From Acidobacteriota bacterium (lineage in GTDB: Bacteria; Acidobacteriota; Terriglobia; Bryobacterales; JACQDG01), in contig JACQDI010000021.1 of the NCBI GenBank assembly GCA_016201195.1, forward strand, positions 1 to 37,592: DNA of 37,592 nt. The letters run 5' to 3'. The notes under the pieces are model-generated. The model saw nothing but the letters and a program-made list of their open reading frames with translations. It had not been told where the DNA came from and ran no database searches. Positions within the stretch are counted from its first letter, which is position 1. Every line of letters starts with the position of its first letter. A program made the position numbers and the translations under genes. This document shows positions 31,874 through 37,592 of this stretch, one piece after another.

Positions 31874-33889
31874 CTACTGCACGAGACTCATCCATACCGT
31901 CATGTGCGAGACGCCGCGATTGGCCCAAGCGTAATAGGGGATCAGCCGGATACGCAGCGGGTGATACCGCGCCGGGCTCAAGAATCGGTACAGCAGGCCA
32001 GCCCAGTTGCCGTCCTGCCAGTACCGCGCCTCTCCTTCCAGCACGGTGATGCCCCCAAGCAAAGAGGGCTCGTGGCGCGGCTCGAGGCGGATATCGGCAG
32101 GCAACGCCACGTGCTCGACGCGCACTCCTTCGGGCAAGTCTGGCGATTCTAGGCAGTAGACAATCGGCCCGCGCTCCACAGCCGCCTGTCCCCGCAACTC
32201 TTCCACGAGCGGGTTGGCCACAACGAGCCTCGGCTTCATCGGTAGAGCAAGGTCGATCCGGTCGCCCGCCCTCCACAGTCGGCTGACTCTGCAATACGTG
32301 CCTGGCCGCGGCGCGGAGTCGGCGACGGGCTGACCGTTGACCTGGACCGTGGCGCCGTCGGCCCAAGCCGGGATGCGAAGCATGATATCCAGAGGTTCAC
32401 TGCCCGCCTCCTGGACGGTAACACCGATTTTGCCGTCCCACGGATAGTCGGTCCGCTGGGCCAGCACGACACTCGTTCCCCCCGGCAGCCTCGTCTTGAG
32501 AAGGTTGCTGCCATACAAGTTGACCCACACGGCGTTTCGAGAGACGCTATAAGCCCACTCGTGCACCTTGGCAATTGTGCGCACGACGCTCGGAGGGCAG
32601 CAAAAACCGTACGGGGTTTTCGTGTTGTCCGTCCATCGCTGCAGGCTGTCGTTGCGCATCATGGGCATCTCCGCCCCGTAGCGGCGCAGCACGTTGGTGT
32701 AGAAGAACTCGGTTCCGTTGACGCCGACTCCAGAGAGCATGCTGTTGTAGAGGACGCGCTCCATTACATCGGCATAGCTCGCGTCGCCAGTCACCCCGAG
32801 CAGCCGCCAGTTCCACATCGCGTTGGCGATGTTGGCGCAGGTCTCGTTGTAAGCCAGGCGGTTCGGCAATTGATACTCCGTGCCGAAAGCCTCATGCACC
32901 GGATCCTGGCGTGACGAGCGGCCGTAATGGATCGCGCCGACGCCGCCGGTGATGCACATCTTCTGCGCGGTCACGTCCCGCCAGATGCGCTCGAGCGCAT
33001 CCCACAACGCCTGCTCGCCCGTCTCCCCGTAGACGTCCGTGGCACCGGCGTAGAGATATATTCCGGTCACCGCGTGGCCTACCGATTCGGTCTCCTTACG
33101 TAGAGGAACGCGGGCCTGGTTCAGATCACTGCCTCCCGGAGCTGATCCCCGCATGTCCACGAAGATGCCTGCCAGCTCGAGATACTTCGGATTCCGTGTG
33201 GTCCGATACAGGTCCGCCACCCCCATGATGTTGGATGGGTTGAAGCCGAAGTGGGCCAATTCCACCGGGCGCGGTTGGAAGACGTTGTAAAGGTAGTCGG
33301 CCAGTCGGATGGCGATCTCCAGGAAGTTGCGCTTGCCGGTGGCGCGGTGATGGACGCAGGCCGCTGTCATCAGGTGGCCCATGTTGTACAACTCGTGGTT
33401 ACCGGGTCTCTCCCATCTCTTCCGCCCGGTCAGTTGGATTTGCGTCGAGATGTAGCCATCCGGAGCCTGCGCCTTGCCAATCACGGCGATCACGTCATCC
33501 ATGAGCCGGTCAAGCTTTTCCTCACGGGTGATCGCATATACGTGTGCGACCGCCTCCAGCCACTTGTACACGTCCCCGTCGCTCCAGTTCTTGCCCTGAA
33601 ACTCTCCTTTCTGCAGGCCGGCGGCGATGCGAAGATTCGTGAACAGGGCTCCGTTGCCCGGCCTTTGCAGCACCTCCCACATCCGGTGGACCATCACGTT
33701 ACGGCAGAGTTCGAATTTGTTGAACCAGAATCCCCGGGTCCACCGCGCGTCACCCAGGTCGACGCTCTTCAGCTTAACGAAAGGGCTGTAAGACGTCGCC
33801 GTGTCACCGCGGTTCTGGGGCCAAAGGCTGCCGGGAACGCTCAGCAGCCAAAAAAGAGCGATGGGAATGCGTACGCCTTGCTTCGTCAT
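31874..33889 (-). CDS. Glycoside hydrolase family 127 (DUF1680, beta-L-arabinofuranosidase-type)
   Basis: AGGAGG RBS and a signal peptide. Motifs: NWSDGDVYKWLEAVAHVY, YNETCANIANAMW and FCCPPSVVRTIA. The last is the Cys-rich site typical of GH127. Confidence 0.9.
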   Translation of the reverse strand: MTKQGVRIPIALFWLLSVPGSLWPQNRGDTATSYSPFVKLKSVDLGDARWTRGFWFNKFELCRNVMVHRMWEVLQRPGNGALFTNLRIAAGLQKGEFQGKNWSDGDVYKWLEAVAHVYAITREEKLDRLMDDVIAVIGKAQAPDGYISTQIQLTGRKRWERPGNHELYNMGHLMTAACVHHRATGKRNFLEIAIRLADYLYNVFQPRPVELAHFGFNPSNIMGVADLYRTTRNPKYLELAGIFVDMRGSAPGGSDLNQARVPLRKETESVGHAVTGIYLYAGATDVYGETGEQALWDALERIWRDVTAQKMCITGGVGAIHYGRSSRQDPVHEAFGTEYQLPNRLAYNETCANIANAMWNWRLLGVTGDASYADVMERVLYNSMLSGVGVNGTEFFYTNVLRRYGAEMPMMRNDSLQRWTDNTKTPYGFCCPPSVVRTIAKVHEWAYSVSRNAVWVNLYGSNLLKTRLPGGTSVVLAQRTDYPWDGKIGVTVQEAGSEPLDIMLRIPAWADGATVQVNGQPVADSAPRPGTYCRVSRLWRAGDRIDLALPMKPRLVVANPLVEELRGQAAVERGPIVYCLESPDLPEGVRVEHVALPADIRLEPRHEPSLLGGITVLEGEARYWQDGNWAGLLYRFLSPARYHPLRIRLIPYYAWANRGVSHMTVWMSLVQ

Positions 33890-33913
33890 GCGTGGATTCG
33901 CCTCCTGCTCAAG

Positions 33914-36900
33914 TCAGAACGACCACTTCAGCGCGAGCTGCACAATGCGGGCTGCCCTCGCCGACGTAATTGCGCCAAAACCCGGCGCGCCGAATACCGT
34001 GTTGGGGCCGCCAAAATTTGGGTGGTTGAAAACATTGAACGCCTCGGCCCGAAATTGAAGACGGTGGTGTTCCAGGAGCGTCGTGTTCTTGACGATGGAG
34101 AAGTCGAAATTGGCCACCCCCGGTGTCCGCACATCCGGGAGCGTTCGGGCCGTGTTGCCGAATTTCCACGGTTCCGGCTGCGAGAAGACGGATGTGTCGA
34201 AGTATCGATTCAGCCGCTGGGCGACAGAACCGTCGAGCTTGGCGCTCCGGCCGTTGTTGTCCGGGCGCAAGTTGCCGCTGCCCACGCGACCAAGGGTGGG
34301 GTTGCTCGCCGTGGTCAGCGCCAATGGAAAACCCGCCAGGAAACTGGTGATCCCGTTCACTTGCCAGCCGCCTAACAACAGAGGGCCCCAGCCGCTGGCC
34401 GCGCTCAGGAACGGCTTCCCTGGCCCGATGGGAAGTTCGTAGACGTAGCTGAACACCAGCGTCTGGGAAACTTCCTGAGAAGAGATGGACCGCTCAGAGC
34501 GGCGGTTGTTATGGTTTTGATAAGCGGGAACTGAGCCGAGGAACCCGAACCTGCCGGGCGCGCCGTCGTCGATCAGCTTGCCGTTGGTGTAGGCGGCGAG
34601 GACCGTCAATCCGTTGGCGAATTGCCGCTCCGCGCGCACCTGCAGCGAGTGGTAGACCGAGGAACCGTACGTAGACTGGCTGCTGGCAAAGCCCGTGAAT
34701 TGCGGGTAAGGCCGCAACAGCTGACCTTGTGCTATCGTGCTCTGGCCAAGCGACGTATTGGCAGGAATGCCGCCGAAAAATGGATTGGGCACCTGCCGCA
34801 GCAGTTCGTTGCCCACATTCAGGAATTGATCAGGGATCTGGTTCCACTGAAGGTCGCCCGCAAGGCGGGTACCCTTACTGCCGGCGTAGGCGGCTTCAAT
34901 GGCAACCAGGCCGGGCAGGCTCTTCTGAATCGCGAAGTTCCACTGCTGCAGGTAGGAGGCTTGTTGACCGCGGTCCATCGAGGCGACGCCGAGGCCTACG
35001 TTGGTCAGGAGCCCTTGGGTGCTTCGCACCGATTGAATGAACCCGCTCGGAAAGGGATCCCGGAGGAAACCGATCGGAATGAATCCGTCGATCGAAGCGA
35101 CGTGCGGCGTGGTGGACGAGAATCCCTCCTGTCCGTTATAGACCCCCTGTTGCCCAGTTCGCGGCGTGTAGAAGATGCCGTAGCCGCCGCGCACAACCAG
35201 GGTGCGCGCCATCTGGTAGGCGAACCCAAACCGCGGGGCCCACCGGTTGAGGGCCATTCCCGCAAGCGTGCGCGAAGCGCCGCCGACTCCAACGAAACCC
35301 ACCCCGCCCCGCCCCTGACGCCCCAGTGCCGGCGACTGCAGCGGACTCGGGGAATCGAAGTCGAGGAAACTTAGACGGTTATAGCGGTCCGTGAGCGAGC
35401 TCTCCGCATCCCACCGCAAACCGAGATTGAGCGTCAGACGAGAACTGGCGCGGATGTCGTCCTGCACAAAAAACGCCAAGTAATAACTCTGGTAATCCTG
35501 TGAGTCGCGGAACTCGATCGATCCGCTCGCCACCGTGCCAACCAAAAAAGAGGCGAACGCGTTGCCAGCGGCCGGGCCCCCACGATTCGGGTCCGGCCCT
35601 TGCGTGAAGTCGGACGTAAACGAGAATATTCCGCCTCCGTTCACCGGCCGCAGGCCGTGGTAGCGAAACAGCCGCGCGTCGGCACCCAGCTTGACAACGT
35701 GCCTGCCGCGCACAAGCGTTGTGTCCCCCGCGGCTGTGTACGTGTTGGCCACATTGTTCAGCAAGGCCGAGCCGACGGCCCCGATGCTGCTCGAGCCGAA
35801 TCCGATATTTGACACCACCATGCCGGTCACGGTCATCTGTGGAAACACCCTCACTTTCTGCGCGGCCGCATAGGCGGCGGGAAAGCCGAGCTGGGTGATG
35901 TCGAAACCAAGGCCCAGAGGTTCGCCTTTGTCGCGAAGGCGCGTGAACCCTAAGCGGAAGGTGGCGATCGTCACCGGCGTGATCGTCCAGGTATCGTGCA
36001 CGCCCGTATTCCATTGAGTGAATCCCTGCGGTCCCGAGGCCGGGTTTGCGACGTTCCCGAATAGGTTAGGCGGCACGACAAAGGTCGCGTTTCGCGACAG
36101 TCGCCCGAAGAACTGGTGAGAGGAGGCAAAGTTGTGATCAATGCGGACGTTCGCCTGATTCGTGGAGAACTTCTCGGGTTCGGTGCTGATGAAGTTGTTG
36201 GCTCCGGTGCGGGGATCGCCGGGCAGATTGGGCGGCGGCCAGTACTCAAGCATCTTCACCGCCACCGGGTCCATACGGCTGCGCGGGATGCGATTGCCCG
36301 GAAACTGGTCGCGGACGCGGCCCCTGCCGTCCGGAGTAACCAGGGTTGTTAAGGGATCAAACACCTCCGCGAGCTGCCCGGTGCTTGTCTGAAGTCTGGA
36401 GAAATCGCCCTGTCGCAGGTCCTCCCTGGGCACCGTGAACAAGAAGGTCTTGCCTGTTCTTTGTCGTAGACCCTCATAACTGACGAAGAAGAACGTCTTG
36501 TCCCGAACGATCCGCCCGCCAAGGGTTCCGCCGAATTGGTTGTAGCGAAAAGGGGGCCTCGCTCTGCCCGTCTGGTTGTTGAACCAGTTGTTGGCGTCCA
36601 GCTTGTCGTTTCGCAAAAAGTCGTACACGGTCCCATGGAACTGATTACTTCCGGACCTCAGGCTCACGTTGACCACGCCGCCGCCAGTCCTGCCGAACTC
36701 TGCCGCGACGCTGTTAGACTGCACCTTGAATTCCTGGGTTGCGTCAATCGAGGGGATGATGGCTAGTTGGTTAAATTGGCCGACCGTGTTTGGGATACCG
36801 TCGAGCAGTACCTCGTTGCTCAGAGAGGGTCCGCCGTTGGTCGAGAAGTTGGTCAGTGGAATGTTGTTGCCCGGCAGGCTCGGACGTCCGTAGAACACCG

Positions 36901-37393
36901 AGCCAGGTGTGAGTGCGACCAGGTCGAAGGGGTTGCGGCCGTTGAGGGGTAGATCGGCAATCTTGCGGTTATCTACAACGGCTCCTAGCGAGGCCTCGGT
37001 TGTTTGCAGCAGGGGGACGTTGGCGGTCACCACAACAGCCTCCTTCACCTCGCCCAGCTCAAGGAAGAAGTCGATTTGGGCCCTCTGATTGACATGGAGC
37101 ACGATGCCAGAGCGGGTGATTGGCTTAAACCCGGACGCCTGAACGCTGGCCTGGTAATTCCCCGGTGGCAAAACGGGGACCGTGTAGTAGCCCAGGTTGT
37201 TGGAAGTCGCTTCCCGCTTGGCGCCCGTATCCACGTTCAACAGGGTCACCCGTGCGCCCGGTACGACGGCCCCGTTAGGATCGATGATTCTACCCATCAC
37301 TTCTCCGGCGGGCGTCTGCGCGAGAGCGCCGAGCGCCCATGCCAGGGACGCAAGAAACACTCTTCCGGTCGAGCGCAGATTACACTTGGGCAT
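33914..37393 (-). CDS. TonB-dependent receptor (CarboxypepD_reg N-domain + plug + barrel), intact
   Basis: ATG at 37393 follows GAGGAGGGGAGG. N-terminus: MPKCNLRSTGRVFLASLAWALGALAQTPAGEVMGRIIDPNGAVVPGARV... The C-terminus is ...LQFRAEAFNVFNHPNFG...RIVQLALKWSF. Confidence 0.92.
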   Translation of the reverse strand: MPKCNLRSTGRVFLASLAWALGALAQTPAGEVMGRIIDPNGAVVPGARVTLLNVDTGAKREATSNNLGYYTVPVLPPGNYQASVQASGFKPITRSGIVLHVNQRAQIDFFLELGEVKEAVVVTANVPLLQTTEASLGAVVDNRKIADLPLNGRNPFDLVALTPGSVFYGRPSLPGNNIPLTNFSTNGGPSLSNEVLLDGIPNTVGQFNQLAIIPSIDATQEFKVQSNSVAAEFGRTGGGVVNVSLRSGSNQFHGTVYDFLRNDKLDANNWFNNQTGRARPPFRYNQFGGTLGGRIVRDKTFFFVSYEGLRQRTGKTFLFTVPREDLRQGDFSRLQTSTGQLAEVFDPLTTLVTPDGRGRVRDQFPGNRIPRSRMDPVAVKMLEYWPPPNLPGDPRTGANNFISTEPEKFSTNQANVRIDHNFASSHQFFGRLSRNATFVVPPNLFGNVANPASGPQGFTQWNTGVHDTWTITPVTIATFRLGFTRLRDKGEPLGLGFDITQLGFPAAYAAAQKVRVFPQMTVTGMVVSNIGFGSSSIGAVGSALLNNVANTYTAAGDTTLVRGRHVVKLGADARLFRYHGLRPVNGGGIFSFTSDFTQGPDPNRGGPAAGNAFASFLVGTVASGSIEFRDSQDYQSYYLAFFVQDDIRASSRLTLNLGLRWDAESSLTDRYNRLSFLDFDSPSPLQSPALGRQGRGGVGFVGVGGASRTLAGMALNRWAPRFGFAYQMARTLVVRGGYGIFYTPRTGQQGVYNGQEGFSSTTPHVASIDGFIPIGFLRDPFPSGFIQSVRSTQGLLTNVGLGVASMDRGQQASYLQQWNFAIQKSLPGLVAIEAAYAGSKGTRLAGDLQWNQIPDQFLNVGNELLRQVPNPFFGGIPANTSLGQSTIAQGQLLRPYPQFTGFASSQSTYGSSVYHSLQVRAERQFANGLTVLAAYTNGKLIDDGAPGRFGFLGSVPAYQNHNNRRSERSISSQEVSQTLVFSYVYELPIGPGKPFLSAASGWGPLLLGGWQVNGITSFLAGFPLALTTASNPTLGRVGSGNLRPDNNGRSAKLDGSVAQRLNRYFDTSVFSQPEPWKFGNTARTLPDVRTPGVANFDFSIVKNTTLLEHHRLQFRAEAFNVFNHPNFGGPNTVFGAPGFGAITSARAARIVQLALKWSF

Positions 37394-37420
37394 AGCAACC
37401 TCCCCTCCTCAATCGCCGTG

Positions 37421-37470
37421 TTACGTATACGTAACGACCGAATTATATCAGCCTTGGTTGGCAAGTTCAA
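37421..37470 (-). promoter_or_regulatory. Promoter/operator module F (receptor 33914..37393)
   Basis: On the minus strand: TTGAAC (37470-37465), N17 ending in TGA, TATAAT (37447-37442; an extended -10, TGnTATAAT), 8 nt, then TACGTATACGTA (37433-37422; the 14-bp perfect palindrome TTACGTATACGTAA spans 37434-37421). The ATG is 28 nt downstream. Confidence 0.75.
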
Positions 37471-37493
37471 GTCAAAGTCTTGTCTCATGCAAG

Positions 37494-37532
37494 ATGAGCC
37501 TGAAGAAGGAGTTTGTTTCTCACACAGAATGA
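37494..37532 (+). CDS. Possible 12-codon upstream ORF (MSLKKEFVSHTE)
   Basis: ATGAGCCTGAAG at 37494-37505 is repeated exactly at 37529-37540. The stop of the mini-ORF overlaps the second ATG as ATGA. Confidence 0.2.
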   Translation: MSLKKEFVSHTE

Positions 37533-37592
37533 GCCTGAAGGGGGAGAGGTCGTGGATGCTGGGGATTGACCATCCACGTGCAAGCAGGAAAG
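37529..37592 (+). CDS. 5' end of an unidentified gene divergent from the receptor operon (runs off the window)
   Basis: MSLKGERSWMLGIDHPRASRK... stays open to the window edge. Only 21 codons are visible. Confidence 0.3.
   Translation, partial: MSLKGERSWMLGIDHPRASRK

Noticed and set aside
1-37592. Search for CRISPR arrays, tRNA/rRNA genes, transposases/IS ends, integrases and phage genes
   Set aside because: I recognised none. The only repeats are the short motifs listed above and the paralogous receptor genes. The rearrangement scars are not accompanied by visible mobile-element genes.

Overview
High-GC glycan-utilisation locus. The lineage looks Acidobacteria-like, inferred only from the receptor type. 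It is built around five paralogous TonB-dependent receptors (TBDRs) of the carboxypeptidase-regulatory-domain type: one is cut by the window edge, two are intact, one carries two frame disruptions, and two more survive only as fragments. Exported enzymes sit between them: a GH97, a GH127, an unassigned secreted glycosidase-like protein, a Cys-type sulfatase, three alpha/beta hydrolases, a Gfo/Idh/MocA oxidoreductase, a DUF1080 protein and a xylose-isomerase-like TIM-barrel protein. There is also one MarR regulator. Four things go beyond routine annotation. (1) ORFs 26008..26256 and 25063..25980 (minus strand) are one reading frame interrupted by a single TGA. The TGA lies exactly at the active-site position of an iodothyronine-deiodinase-like thioredoxin fold (GCLT-TGA-PPF), has a hairpin starting inside it, and precedes a DsbD-alpha-like C-terminal domain. 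This is a candidate secreted selenoprotein. (2) Seven near-consensus sigma70-type promoters (TTGACx-N17/18-TAnnnT) are each paired with the 12-bp palindrome TACG(T/C)-NN-(A/G)CGTA. I found the full palindrome only outside intact genes (intergenic DNA or gene remnants). This suggests an undescribed repressor regulon controlling the receptor operons. (3) Two convergent paralogues fuse a beta-propeller to a PHP-superfamily metallohydrolase domain, and each terminates a glycan operon. (4) Gene decay and rearrangement scars are unusually dense, and several junctions coincide with the promoter/operator modules. I saw no tRNA, rRNA, CRISPR array or recognisable transposase.
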